A stretch of DNA of 64,000 nucleotides from Macrostomum lignano (lineage: Eukaryota): positions 485,257 to 549,256 of the forward strand of contig NIVC01000532.1 of NCBI GenBank assembly GCA_002269645.1, written 5' to 3'. Both the position numbers and the translations under genes were made by a program. The first letter of the stretch is position 1; each line of letters starts with the position of its first letter. The notes under the pieces are model-generated. The model made no database searches and was not told where the DNA came from. It saw only the letters and a list, made by a program, of their open reading frames with translations. This document shows, in pieces, positions 23,705-46,117 of this stretch.

Positions 23705-24450
23705 CCAGTGCCAGTCACTCCCAGTCACTCCCAGTCACTCCCAGTCACTCCGAGTCACTCCCAGTCACTCCCAGTCACTCCCGGTCACTCTCAGTCACTC
23801 CAAGCCACTCCTAGTCACTCCCAGCCACTCCCAGTCACTCCTGGTCACTCTCAGTCACTCCCAGTCACTCCCGGTCACTCTCAGTCACTCCCAGCCACTC
23901 CTAGTCCCTCCTAGTCAGTCCCAGTCACTCTTAGTCACCTACAGTCCCTATTAGTCACCTACAGTCCCTCTTAGTCACCTGCAGTCACTCTCAGTCACCT
24001 ACAGTCACTCTTAGTCACCTACAGTCACTCTTAGTCACCTACAGTCACTCTTAGTCACCTACAGTCACCTACAGTCACCTACAGTCACCTACAGTCACCT
24101 ACAGTCACCTACAGTCACCTACAGTCACTCTTAGTCACCTTCAGTCACTCTTAGTCACCTACAGTCACTCTTAGTCACCTACAGTCACTCTTAGTCACCT
24201 ACAGTCACTCTTAGTCACCTATAGTCACTCTTAGTCACCTACAGTCACTCTCTGTCACCTACAGTCACTCTTAGTCATCTTCAGTCACTCTTAGTCATCT
24301 TCAGTCACTCTTAGTCACCTACAGTCACTCTCAATCACCTACAGTCACTCTTAGTCATCTTCAGTCACTCTCAGTCACCTACAGTCACCTGCATTCACCT
24401 GCAGTCACTCTCAGTCACCTGCAGTCACTCTCAGTCATTGCAGTCACTCA
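23705..24450. repeat. 10/20-bp minisatellite (CAGTCACTCC grading to CAGTCACTCTTAGTCACCTA)
   Basis: Direct observation. Confidence 0.92.
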
Positions 24451-25299
24451 AACCTACTTTACTGTCTTACCTTTTCTTCCCGCTAGGCTGTTCCTCCGGT
24501 ATGCCAGTCAAGAGGTGAGTAGTTGGAGGCTCGAACTCCTGACTGCCTCCGTGCAAGTCCAGAGGGGGCTGTCGTGCCTCGACAGCCCCGTCAGTCTTTC
24601 TAAGAAAGGGAAAATGTAAAAAACTGTGTATTGATCAATATGTAGGTCGTTAAATGTTACAATTTGTGATATACTAGGCTTGACCTTACCCAAGCTCACT
24701 AGCTGAGCTTGTGCTCATGCTTAAACTACGCTGAACATGTGTGTGCGTGCTCACTAATCTTCCAGCCACCGAGTTAAGAAGAACTGAATCATGCACTACT
24801 CAGCTGCTGCTGCTGCGCTTTTTCAACTTAACGGCCGGCCAAGCTTTTTTGTGGACAAAAAAATCGGCTATAATCGTATAGAATGTTGAGAGGCAGATGG
24901 AGACAGGAGGGGAGAGAGGTAGAGAGGCAGAGAAGAGAAGAGACAGGCCAGCAGAAAGAGGTGAAGTGTCCGACTGTCAATAGAGAAGCTGCGGCCGCGA
25001 TTCTACACATTGTTTCTGCTTGCAGAAACTGTCTTTCTATTTTTTTCTCTGTCTTTTAGCGACGCTTTCTGTGTCTGACCAGGCTGCTCATGCCCGCTGC
25101 ACATACTACGGCGTTATTACAGAGCACCCCGCCTCAGCTGCTGCACTCTCGGAGTCCACTGAGACACTCGGGGGCAAAGATACAGCCGGAGAATCTTAAG
25201 TAGACAATTTTATATAATAATTGCTAGCCAGTGCAGACTTTTCTGGGAGACGATAAGATCTGAAATCTGGAATGCAACTGCCGGCTGTGAGCCATCTCA

Positions 25300-26660
25300 A
25301 ACCGTCTCAAATCATCTCAAACTGTCTCAAACTGTCTCACAGAGTCTCAAAAATCTCAAGCTGTCTCAAACAGTCTCACAGAGTCTCAAACCATCTCAAG
25401 ATGTCTCAACGTGTCTCAAACTGTCTCAAACCATCTCACAGCGTCTTAAACCATCTCAAACTGTCGCGCAAAGTGTCTGAAGCATCTCAAACCATCTCAG
25501 ACCATCTCAGACCATCTCATACCATCTTAGACCATCTCAAACCATCTCAAACCATCTCAGACCATCTCAGACCATCTCAAATCATCTTAGACCATCTCAA
25601 ACCATCTCAGACCATCTCAAACCATCTTAGACCATCTCAAACCATCTTAGACCATCTCAGACCATCTCATACCATCTTAGACCATCAAAACCATCTCAGA
25701 CCATCTCAAACCATCTTAGACCATCAAAACCATCTTAGACCATCTCAAACCATCTTAGACCATCTCAAACCATCTTAGACCATCTCAAACCATCTTAGAC
25801 CATCTCAAACCATCTCAGACCATCTCAGACCATCTCAAATCATCTTAGACCATCTCAAACCATCTCAGACCATCTCAAACCATCTTAGACCATCAAAACC
25901 ATCTTAGACCATCTCAAACCATCTCAAACCATCTCAAACCATCTCATACCATATCTCAAATCATCTCAAACCATCTCAGACCATCTCAGACCATCTCAGA
26001 CCATCTCAAACCATCTCAGACCATCTCAAACCATCTTAGACCATCAAAACCATCTTAGACCATCAAAACCATCTTAGACCATCAAAACCATCTTAGACCA
26101 TCAAAACCATCTCAGACCATCTCAGACCATCTCAAACCATCTTAGACCATCTCAAACCATCTTAGACCATCAAAACCATCTCAGACCATCTCAAACCATC
26201 TTAGACCATCAAAACCATCTTAGACCATCAAAACCATCTCAGACCATCTCAAACCATCTTAGACCATCAAAACCATCTTAGACCATCAAAACCATCTCAG
26301 ATCATCTCAAACCATCTTAGACCATCTCAAACCATCTTAGACCATCTCAAACCATCTCATACGATCTTAAACTATCTCAGACCATCTTAGACCATCTCAG
26401 ACCATCTCATACCATCTTAAACTATCTCAGACCATCTTAGACCATCTCAAACCATCTCATACGATCTTAGACCATCTCATACCATCTCAAACCATCTCAA
26501 ACCATCTCAGACCATCTCAAACCATCTCAGACCATCTCAAACCATCTCATACCATCTCAAACCATCTCAGACCATCTCAGACCCTCTTAGACCATCTCAA
26601 ACCATCTCAGACCATCTCAGACCATCTCAGACAATCTCAAACCATCTCAAACCATCTCAT
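25300..26660. repeat. 10-bp minisatellite (ACCATCTYAR)
   Basis: More than 100 units. Confidence 0.95.
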
Positions 26661-27064
26661 AACCGTCAAATAAAACGGTTATAAAGTACAATATATATAT
26701 TTGAGAAATACTTCTCTCAAAGAAGGAGCTATCCACCCAGATGACAGCTTTTCACCTAGATCTCCTTGGCCTGAACGATATCTAAAGAGACAAGCAAATG
26801 AACGCTTGAATAAGAAGAGAGGTATAGAGATGCAAAATGAAAAAAAGGAATCTATTAGGTCGCACTGTGTGAACCGACGGTAGCTCTATCTTAGCAGAGC
26901 TCTCTGTGTCTCCTTTATCGAGCCTATTCATTTCTGTTGGCAACAGTCATTAGATATTGTACCAGCGTATTGACATTGACATTGATGCGTATCAATGCAT
27001 GAGGCATTATTAATTTGCCTTGCCATACCTTCCTCTCTACCCTGTCTGTCTCTTCTGTCTACTT

Positions 27065-27690
27065 CAATTTATCCTCTGTCTACTGCCTTCCCTCTCCCCT
27101 GTCTACCTCTCTTCCTCTGTGTACCTACCCCTCTCTCTCCCCCTGTCTACCTCTCTTCTTCTGTGTACCTACCCCTCTCTCTCCCCCTGTCTACCTCTCT
27201 TCTTCTGTGTACCTACCCCTCTCTCTCCCCCTGTCTACCTCTCTTCCTCTGTGTACCTACCCCTCTCTCTCCCCCTGTCTACCTCTCTTCCTCTGTGTAC
27301 CTACCCCTCTCTCTCCCCCTGTCTACCTCTCTTCTTCTGTGTACCTACCCCTCTCTCTCCCCCTGTCTACCTCTCTTCTTCTGTGTACCTACCCCTCTCT
27401 CTCCCCTGTCTACCTCTCTTCCTCTGTGTACCTACCCCTCTCTCTCCCCCTGTCTACCTCTCTTCCTCTGTGTACCTACCCCTCTCTCTCCCCCTGTCTA
27501 CCTCTCTTCCTCTGTGTACCTACCCCTCTCTCTCCCCCTGTCTACCTCTCTTCCTCTGTGTACCTACCCTCTCTCTCTCCCCCTGTCTACCTCTCTTCCT
27601 CTGTGTACCTACCCCTCTCTCTCCCCCTGTCTACCTCTCTTTCTCTGTGTACCTACCCCTCTCTCTCCCCATGTCTACCTCTCTCTCCCG
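27065..27690. repeat. 44-bp pyrimidine-rich minisatellite
   Basis: About 13 units of CTCTCTCTCCCCCTGTCTACCTCTCTTCYTCTGTGTACCTACCC. Confidence 0.93.
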
Positions 27691-28282
27691 TCTCCCTCCC
27701 CCTAGCTACATTTATCACCAGTCCATCCACCCCACCCTCAGCCCCTAGTGTCCCTCTCTTCACAGCAAAATTCGAATCCGACCCAGCCCTCCGAAACTCA
27801 CCCATCACTTGCAGTTCATGCCGCTTTAAAAAATCGAAAAAAATTAGCGACAAAAAATTGTCCCAGGTGTTCTAATTTGTATACACGTGAACAACTTAGA
27901 ATAGAAACAGCTAGTTGCTCAATTTTAACAAATCGATATTCAGGAAATTCTCTACTGTGCGAGGAGGCCCCTAAACTGGTGTGCGCGACCTCTCTCGGGC
28001 GCGCTGGGCTTAAAAAATTGCCGCAGCCACCATCAACCCCCCTTTCCCGCCTCATCTCAGTCTCCTCCATGGACAGCTGATAGAGTGCAGCACGGAATGG
28101 ATTGGCTGCAACTCTCACGATGCCCCCTGGGGTGCCTCCTCGCCCCCCCTGCCCTAAACCTCCCACTCCCTGCAGCTCAGAGTCCGGGATGTCAGTCAAA
28201 CTGAAAGTCCGGAATCGAGATGGGACGGATTCGCATCCTTATTCTCCATAACCTTGCCTTCATTCTCTCTTCCCTTCGTCCA

Positions 28283-28598
28283 GTGTGTGTGTCTGTATCT
28301 AGCCCTTGCAGACTGGCTGTGTGTGCCTGTATCTAGCCCTTGCAGACTAGCTGTGTGTGTCTGTATCTAGCCCTTGCAGACCAGCTGTGTGTGTCTGTAT
28401 CTAGCCCTTGCAGACTGGCTGTGTGTGCCTGTATCTAGCCCTTGCAGACTAGCTGTGTGTGTCTGTATCTAGCCCTTGCAGACCAGCTGTGTGTGTCTGT
28501 ATCTAGCCCTTGCAGACTGGCTGTGTGTGTCTGTATCTAGCCCTTGCAGACTGGCTGTGTGTGTCTGTATCTAGCCCTTGCAGACCAGCTGTGTGTAT
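28283..28598. repeat. 34-bp minisatellite (GTGTGTGTCTGTATCTAGCCCTTGCAGACTGGCT)
   Basis: About 9 units. Confidence 0.92.
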
Positions 28599-28721
28599 CA
28601 ACATCTGTAGCTGGGCACTTACAGACATCAATCCATCAAATCATCAATCCCTCAGTCTATCAATGCATCAATCCATCCTTCCATAAATTTTTAAAGATAT
28701 CAATATGTATCTAGCGTACAT

Positions 28722-28832
28722 ATAGCCCAGTGATCTTTGGTGTGCCAGCGGCCCAGGCTCGATTCCAAGTGCAGTCACACTGATTCGGGCTAAATTGGAA
28801 TCTCGGCTTGGCTCTGCTCGTGCAATTAACGG
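28722..28832 (+). mobile_element. 5' fragment of tRNA-derived SINE
   Basis: Matches the reverse complement of 56840-56950; A-box-like TAGCCCAGTG and B-box-like GGCTCGATTCC. Confidence 0.8.
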
Positions 28833-29068
28833 CTACCCCAAGCATCCCCAGGCTACCCCACAGCCTCCCCAGGCTACCCCAAGCCTCCCCAGGCTACCCC
28901 ACAGCCTCCCCAGGCTACCCCACAGCCTCTCCAGGCTACCCCACAGCCTCCCCAGGCTACCCCACAGCCTCTCCAGGCTACCCCACAGCCTCCCCAGGCT
29001 ACCCCACAGCCTCTCCAGGCTACCCCACAGCCTCCCCAGGCTACCCCACAGCCTCTCCAGGCTACCCC
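28830..29068. repeat. 21-bp minisatellite (GGCTACCCCACAGCCTCYCCA)
   Basis: About 11 units. Confidence 0.92.
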
Positions 29069-29714
29069 GGTCATCAGCAACGCAGTACAAACAGCTGCGT
29101 GTATTGTTATGACAACAAAAAAACACAATAGTTTTGTGCAAACTCAATATTTCTTACTTGAAGTAGGTTGCATAGCTTTTCCTAATAATTCCACTGATCT
29201 GTGCTGATAAAATTTCGGTCTCGTTGAGCTGCACGCGTTTGCCATGTGCGTCATATCTGATAACGATTTGGAACTGATAAAAGGCCAAATTGTAAATTTA
29301 GTTAATTAAGCAAGATTGTCAAACATGACGGCCGCAAAAGCATAATATGAATATTTGCATCAAGTCGAAGAGATAATCTCTGCACAATAAACACTCGTAT
29401 TTGAGAAGGGTTGGATGGTGCAAACATACCAAATTGGAATGAGATCGCGTTATATTTTCAAATTATTTAACCGAAGTGTCACCTAAGTTGAGTTAGTTAT
29501 TCAAATTAGATAGAGATCAAAATATGCCAAATCTAATCCTAAAAATTTTTAACAAACTCGATTGGAAATTTGAAATGAAAATAAAACAATTCGCATTGTG
29601 TTAAGGTTGTTAGAATATTAAAACGAAATGAATTATGAATTCTGAAGGGAAGTAAGCGAATGGGAATGTTTGGATTCAAGCTGAGGGATACAAATCTTAA
29701 TATGGCACTGCTGA

Positions 29715-30085
29715 CACTCTTACAGATCTAGTAGATGTCTCACCCCACACTTTCCGATCTAGTGACTCTCTTGTAGATCTAATAGATGTCACACTTTCCG
29801 ATCTAGTGACTCTTGTAGATCTAATAGATGTCACACCTTCCGATCTAGTGACTCTCTTGTAGATCTAATAGATGTCACACCTTCCGATCTAGTGACTCTC
29901 TTGTAGATCTAATAGATGTCACACTTTCCGATCTAATGACTCTCTTGTAGATCTAATAGATGTCACACTTTCCGATCTAGTGACTCTCTTGTAGATCTAA
30001 TAGATGTCACACTTTCTGATCTAGTGACACACTTTTAGATCTAATAGATGTCACACTTTCCGATCCAGTGACACACTCTTACAGC
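29715..30085. repeat. ~42-44-bp minisatellite (AGATCTAATAGATGTCACACTTTCCGATCTAGTGACTCTCTTGT)
   Basis: About 8 units. Confidence 0.9.
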
Positions 30086-30591
30086 TCAACAGTCAAAACA
30101 GACAGTACTGTGACCTGTTTGCAGCCCGAGTAGAGCATTTACTATCGCTGAAAATTAAAAATCCATATAAAATAAATCGTTAAAACAAGTTCAAAATAAC
30201 AGAATTTAAACAATAAATAATCGCAGACAATAATTCACATGAGCAGTAACGAACTCAACCAATAGCCTATCTAAATAGCACGAAAATAGAACTTTGGCAT
30301 GCGATAAAGTTGTCATTTAAGCTGGCAACAAGTTTGAAAGCATGTAAACAAATTTTGTTATTTCATTCACAGACACTGGATTTTGCAACAGTGAGAAAAT
30401 GACCCATCTTAGAGTTTAATTAACAGAATAGCTATGATCTCGGATAGTTTATCTCAGATCCCCAATCTCAGATCCCCAATCTCAGATTCCCAATCTCAGA
30501 TCCCCAATCTCAGATTCCCAATATCAGATCCCCAATCCCAAATCCCAGATCTCCAAATTTTGGAATCCCAATAGGATTTTTATCCCAAGCC

Positions 30592-33772
<3,181 letters not shown>

Positions 33773-33984
33773 AAAGCCGGTTGTCGAACGTAAATCTTGC
33801 CTCGATGCTAATGGATTAAGCAAGAAAATTGATCAGAGCAAACTTATTAGGTTACCTCAGTGTCCGCTATAGTTGGGTTGGGAGGAAGAGAGGCAAATAT
33901 TTTTCTCTATGACTATAATTCCTCGTGGCTTATTCCGCTTTCTAAGCAAGCTTGTGTTAAAGTTTATGAATGAGCGCCGTGCTT

Positions 33985-34000
33985 CCATATATGGCAATCC
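33985..34000 (-). promoter_or_regulatory. Serum response element (CArG box with adjacent GGAT ETS-like core) upstream of EGR
   Basis: CCATATATGG at 33985-33994, about 210 bp upstream of the ATG; minus strand reads GGAT-TG-CCATATATGG; CCAAT at 34024 and TGACG half-CRE near 34073. Confidence 0.6.
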
Positions 34001-35719
34001 AATCCGAACGGACTCCACTATCGGGCCAATGGACGCTAAGTTCTAAAAATAGAACGCGAAGACCCGCTCCAGCGTCACGATTTCACTTGAAATGTACACT
34101 TACTTCCACGCGCGCGCGCTCGGGCAGAGGGGTGGTGGGTTGGGGGGTAAGAGCTGGCCAACCAAAATCTTGCGGGGCACGCCTAGTGGAGGGGTGGGTG
34201 GAGGGACAGGGAGTGTAGAGAGTGGAGAAAGAATCAAGTTGGGTTCGGTAGCGGGACAGAGGTATTAAACAAGGAATGAATTCCAGGAGGGTAGGCTTAT
34301 ATTGTAAAATGAATGTAGATTAGCCAAGCCTTACCCTCCCGTGGAGCCTACACGGCAGGCTCGCTCAAGGAAAGATAGAAAGCGGGATTGGTCGGTGGAA
34401 TAAGAAGTGAACTTTTGTTTCAGCCAATGCCGCGATTAACTTGCATACTTCTCTATAGACTATATACGCATGTAGCTTTAGCTTAGCGGACTTTACGGAA
34501 AGCAACAAGCGCAAGCGCAAGTTTAATAAGCCTTTCTATATATATTTGTGTGGGCGTCAGTGTAAAATAGTAACTTTTAGGGGAAAAATTCTATTTTCAA
34601 TGCTTTGCCTTTAGAATGATAAATAGAGGGAGTGCACAGAGAATCGTGAATGAAGAGGCATTTTGAATGCAGCAACCAACCAAGCAAACGTTTAATAATT
34701 TAGCAGCCGAAAGACAATTATTAGTATAGTTTTTGTGGGGTGTGTGTTATAGCTCCCACTCTCGTCATGACTCATCTCCCTTTTACTCACTAATTGCGAC
34801 TCCTGCATCTCATCAACCCTTGTTAACCGCCAGCTCAAAAGGTGGAAGACAAAAAACCTATAAAACAGTTATTTGTTGGCCTACTAAGCAGTAAAGCTAT
34901 AAGCTCCTCCAATATTGTACTTTTTAAAGGTATTTTAGCCAACACAGGACCTGCTGCACGATTACAATTGATGTCAAAGACAATTTCTTTACTACTTCTC
35001 AGGCTCCTCTGTGGGCCTCCATCAACACCACAGACACCAGCTGCTGCATGCTGCTATTGCTTGAGAGCAGCAAAGCTATAGTCTATGGTCTTAACCCCTG
35101 GGTTCTCGCGCAGCGGGGTATAAAGATAGAATAAAGATAGAGCTCCGCATGAGTTACGATACTCTCTAGGGGAAATTGGAGTTTTTAGCGCCTGCATTGG
35201 AATGGAGAAATTTAAGGCTGCGTGGGAGGCACCAACCCCCCCCCCCACCCAGCAACGGTTGCTAGAGGGAAATTTAGCTTCACATTGATTATAATTAATT
35301 ATAGTGAGATTATACAAAAAGCGATTGCGAGAAAAGGGTTATATGATACATATGCCCAGTTGTATCCGTAATATAAGCTACTCCTGCTACTATAAAAACC
35401 ATTAAAAACCCACACTGTCGATCAGTACTTTTTTTCTTAATTCTCATAGATAGAAGGTCATTGCATGCATTTAGTTGAGCTAGCACAAGATGAATAGTAG
35501 GAAGCAGGCAATTATATTATAACTTTCAAACCTATTCGCCGTATAGAGGAGCGATATAGTACAGCAGCATAGACTTTGCGTACGCGCGTGCACTTTTCAT
35601 TCGAATTTCGGACAATTTTCCTGCTTGCACGCAGACGAAAAATGCTACTAGTGATATGCGGTGTCCAAACACTTTTTTAATTTCAACCAGGTGAAAGCAG
35701 CAATTTAGGAGATACGTAT

Positions 35720-36115
35720 GGGAGGGGGGAGAAGCGGGTAAGAGGCGGGTAAGAGGCGGGCAGAAGCGGGTAAGAGGCGGGCAGAAGCGGGTAAGAGGCG
35801 GGTACAAGGAAGTAAGAGCCAGGGAAAAACGGGTCAGAGGGGGGAAGTGGTGGGGAGAAGCGGGTGAGAGGTGGGGAGAAGCAGTTGAGAGGCGGGGAGA
35901 AGCGGGTGAGAGGCGGGGAGAAGCGGGTGAGAGGTGGGGAGAAGCGAGTGAGAGGTGGGGAGAAGCGGGTGAGAGGCGGGGAGAAGCGGGTGAGAGGTGG
36001 GAAGAAGCGAGTGAGAGGTGGGGAGAAGCGGGTGAGAGGTGGGGAGAAGCGAGTGAGAGGTGGGGAGAAGCAGTTGAGATGTGGGGAGAAGCGGGTGAGA
36101 GGGGGTAAGAAGCAG
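35720..36115. repeat. 21-bp purine-rich minisatellite (GGGAGAAGCGGGTGAGAGGYG)
   Basis: Direct observation. Confidence 0.9.
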
Positions 36116-36714
36116 GGAAGAAACATGGGGAGAAAGACGAAGAAATTAGACTAAAAAAGTGCATATGCTAAACTTACCTACTCACAGTAGCATTCAAGAG
36201 CATGCTTCTACGAGTTTCAAGTCGTTCAACAAAAGCAAAGCCCCCAAAAATGATCAAAGACTAAAGAATAGTCGAATTGTTTTTCTGTAGCAATTTCTGA
36301 GTTAGAAAGTGCCTTTGTACAAATCAGGCAATGTTAACTTGACAGCGTGTTGCATTGTATTGTTACCGTATGATTAAATATATTAAATAATTCTGTATTA
36401 ACTACATAATAGCAACTGCTCATATTGCTCAAAATTAAGAAATATGACTGACTCTCACGAATCTGAGATAGGGCATGGTTCATATATCTATAAATATATG
36501 TATATATGCATTTATTTTGTAGAAACAGCAGCAACTAGAAAAATAGAAAAAGAGTGCGCGAAACGAATAGAAAATATTATATCATACATACGATATAATA
36601 TGACGCAGATAGGCATTTAACAAAGGTTAGCCGCGTATGAGAAGCTGGTGTAAAGGGCAAGAGACTGGGGGATTAAGGGACCCAGCCAGTATTTTTATTT
36701 GGGGAAGGGGGTTT

Positions 36715-37425
36715 GAGGGGCTGCCATTTCATTTGAGAGGCTGCCATTTCATTTGAGAGGCTGCCATTTCATTTGAGAGGCTGCCATTTCATTTGAGAGG
36801 CTGCCATTTCATTTGAGAGGCTGCCATTTCATTTGAGAGGCTGCCATTTCATTTGAGAGGCTGCCATTTTATTTGAGAGGCTGCCATTTCATTTGAGGGG
36901 CTGCCATTTCATTTGAGAGGCTGCCATTTCATTTGAGAGGCTGCCATTTCATTTGAGGGGATGCCATTTCATTTGAGAGGCTGCCATTTTATTTGAGGGG
37001 CTGCCATTTCATTTGAGAGGCTGCCATTTCATTTGAGAGGCTGCCATTTTATTTGAGAGGCTGCCATTTCATTTGAGGGGATGCCATTTCATTTGAGAGG
37101 CTGCCATTTCATTTGAGAGGCTGCCATTTCATTTGAGGGGCTGCCATTTCATTTGAGGGGCTGCCATTTCATTTGAGAGGCTGCCATTTCATTTGAGAGG
37201 CTGCCATTTCATTTGAGAGGCTGCCATTTCATTTGAGGGGCTGCCATTTCATTTGAGGGGCTGCCATTTCATTTGAGGGGATGCCATTTCATTTGAGGGG
37301 ATGCCATTTCATTTGAGGGGCTGCCATTTCATTTGAGGGGCTGCCATTTCATTTGAGGGGCTGCCATTTCATTTGAGGGGCTGCCATTTCATTTGAGGGG
37401 CTGCCATTTCATTTGAGGGGCTGCC
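36715..37425. repeat. 20-bp minisatellite (CTGCCATTTCATTTGAGRGG)
   Basis: About 35 near-perfect units, followed by a GA tract to ~37555. Confidence 0.96.
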
Positions 37426-38394
37426 AAGAAGAGGAGAGAGAGGAGAGAGGGGAGAAGAGAGAGGAGAGGGGAGAAGAGAGAGGAGAGAGAGGAGAGGAGA
37501 GAGAGGAGAGAGAGGAGAAGAGAGAGGAGAGACGGGAGAAGAGAGACGAGAGAGGGCGTAGACCAAATAGCACATCGAAAGTCGCACGTTGCAGTTCCGA
37601 CAGACGCTAACTCACCAAAAAGCAAAGCACAACATACAGAGAAAGAAGAAGGAAACAGATTAGTCAAGCAACAGTCTGCAACAACAAAAGCAAAATATTG
37701 TGTTGAAGACAAAGCATTTAAAATATGATAAAAAACAGGTTTGAGATTCCTAATCAGAGAAACTATAGAAAAACCATAGACAGGACATTGTCAATAATAT
37801 TTTGGTACATGTGCTTGTCAAGCAAGACAATAAGCAAAATATTTGAATTAGAAAAAACATAATATATAAATATATACCTCAATAGTTACTTGCTGATTGG
37901 GCCACTGAGGTCAGGGTCTAGAGTAACCAGCAATAAATACTCGTAACACAGGTAACAGACAGATTTATTACCATAAAAACAATAAAAAGTGTTCGATCGT
38001 TTAAAAAAAACGATAACTGTGGAGATATTTGTCCGACTAGAATTTAATGAACTGATTGATTGAGTGATTGATTGACTAACAGAAGCCACGCAGATATAGA
38101 ATAATTTTACAGCGACTGCTTGAAATCAGCAATCAGCAGTTTCTGTTGTTGAAAATGTCATTAATTCTAGTAAATTAATTCCAAATATACATTGTAAGAC
38201 ACGCAAACGATTCCTAATCATACTACTGCTGGAATAGTTGTCAGTAGTTGCTGTGCGCATATCAATAGATTTACATTAGTAAACAATTAATTGATTATTT
38301 TAGGTTTTAGACACTTAATACAATAGAAGGCCTTTCAAAACCGTGAATTGAGAAGTACCGTTTTCAATTTCTGCGCCAAAATGGCAAAGAACTT

Positions 38395-38890
38395 CAGATT
38401 TGGCAGGGGAGATTTGGGAATGGGGAGATTTGGGGATGAGGAGATTTGTGGATGAGGAGAGATTTAGGATGGGGAGATTTGGAATGGGGAGATTTGGGAT
38501 GGGGAGATTTGGGATGGGGAGATTTGGGATGGGGAGATTTGGGATGGGGAGATTTGTGGATGAGAAGATTTGTGGATGGGGAGATTTGGCAGGGATATTT
38601 GGGATGGGAAGATTTGTGGATGGGGAGATTTGGCAGGGGAGATTTGAGATGGGGAGATTCGGGAATGGGGAGATTCGGGAATGGGGAGATTCGGGAATGG
38701 GGAGATTTGGGGATGGAAGGGGAGATTTGGGATGGGGAGATTTGGGGATGGGGAGATTTGGGGATAGGGATTTTTGGGGTGGGGAGATTTGTGGATGAGG
38801 AGAGATTTACGATGGGGAGATTTGGGATGGGGAGATTTTGGGATGGGGAGATTCGGGATGGAGACATTTGCGGATGGGGTGGGGAGATTT
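38395..38890. repeat. G-rich ~15-bp repeat (GGGGAGATTTGGGAT)
   Basis: Direct observation. Confidence 0.9.
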
Positions 38891-39370
38891 AGGCAACTGC
38901 ACTAGTAAGCCAAAGTGATAAACTTTTGGGCGCGAAATAAAAATATTATATTATTCTCAACATTCAACAAGCAGTAAATAATGTATATAACCTACCAAAG
39001 AAAAAAGATTGCGCATAATTAGTGTGCAATACTGTGCACCAAGATAACAAAAATTGATAAAATAATTGCATATGCAACGGTCGTTAATTGGACCCAGGAG
39101 AAAACAGAAAACATATTTTTAGAAACCTAAAATATGCAATTATTTACGAGAACTTAAGTAGAAAAACTATGCTCTAAGCAGACTTAAGCACTGCTCAAAT
39201 TTGAAACTGCAATAGTTGATGCTCAAAATATCGTTTATTAAAACGATAATAGATAAAAAACCAACTTGAATATCTCAAGTCAAGTCAAGGCCAACCAGAT
39301 CACTAATTCTGGACTAGAAAGTACAGGTGCTAAATTAATAGACATAATAGCTTCAGGTTCAACCACAGAT

Positions 39371-39815
39371 ACTAAAATAACTAGATGGGCCACTCAGGCA
39401 TGTATACTTAGTAAAACAGCTTTCTACTTTCAGTAGCAAAGAAGAATATGCAAGCTATTTTATAAAAATAAAGGCAGCTGAAATGGCTTTGATAAGTTTA
39501 GATGCCCAAGCTTGCAGGCGTAAACAACTTGCTAATTGGTTCAGCAATAATGTACATTAGCCAGTTCACTGAAATGTACATGGCAGCTTTAGGCTGGAAT
39601 TCCGAGAAAGCCAATAAAAATTGGGGCCGGGCGGGGAGTAGTTTGGAAAGGCGCGGTTGGAGGGTATAAGCTGGGGGGGGGGGGTTAAGAGCCAATAAAT
39701 TAAAGCTTGAAGCCTTGGCTTTAAAAATACATTAAAATGCTCCTATCTAACCTACTACTGAACTGAAAGTAGCTTACACGCAAATGTGCTGACTGGCCCA
39801 TCAAGTTATTCTAGT
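39371..39815. mobile_element. MITE-like element with ~27-bp terminal inverted repeats (copy A, uninterrupted)
   Basis: Ends ACTAAAATAACTAGATGGGCCACTCAG and reverse-complement ACTAGAATAACTTGATGGGCCAGTCAG; second, inverted copy at 56530-57305. Confidence 0.85.
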
Positions 39816-39831
39816 GTGGGTTCAACGAAGG

Positions 39832-40558
39832 GGGGGGTTTCACAAACTCGAAATTTCACAACGTCGAAAGCACCTTCTTTCACAAGGTCGAAATTTCACA
39901 AGGTCGAAATTTCATAACATCGAAAACTCAAATAGCAGCCACTTTCACAAGGTCGAAACTTCACAAGGTCGAAATTTCACAACATCGAAAAACTTTAGCA
40001 AAGGACTTCATAAGGTCGAAAATTCACAAGGTCGAAATTTCACAACATCGAAAACTCGAAAAGCAGCCACTTTCATAAGGTAGAAATTTCACAAGGTCGA
40101 AATTTCACAACATCGAAAACTTTAGCAAGAGACTTCATAAGGTCGAAATTTCACAAGGTCGAAATTTCACAACGTAGAAAACTACTGTATGGTTCTTGAT
40201 AGATAAAATTTTCGACTTTGTGAAATTTCGAGCTTATGAAGTTTCGACCTTGTGAAAGTGGCTGCACTTGAGTTTTCGATGTTATGAAACCTCGACCCCG
40301 TGAAACTTCAACCTTATGAAATCTCTTGCTAGATTTTTCGATGTTGTGAAATTTCGACCTTGTGAAGTTTCGACCTTGTGAAAGTGGCTGCTATTTGAGT
40401 TTTCGATGTTGTGAAATTTCGACCTTATGAAATTTCGACCTTATGAAGTCTCTTGCTAAAGTTTTCGATGTTGTGAAATTTCGACCTTGTGAAGTTTCGA
40501 CCTTGTGAAATAATTTACTTTTCGACGTTGTGAAATTTCGACCTTGTGAAAGCACCCC
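39832..40558. mobile_element. Foldback/MULE-like element: ~350-bp inverted arms built from 15-bp subrepeats (TTCACAAGGTCGAAA)
   Basis: Arms at 39832-40180 and 40210-40558 are reverse complements; 9-bp TSD CAACGAAGG at 39823-39831 and 40559-40567. Confidence 0.87.
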
Positions 40559-40583
40559 CAACGAAGGTCCGATAAAAAACAAT

Positions 40584-46117
<5,534 letters not shown>

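Noticed and set aside
28283-30085. 34-bp and ~43-bp repeats superficially resembling CRISPR arrays
   Set aside because: Units are head-to-tail with no unique spacers, there are no cas genes, and the context is eukaryotic.
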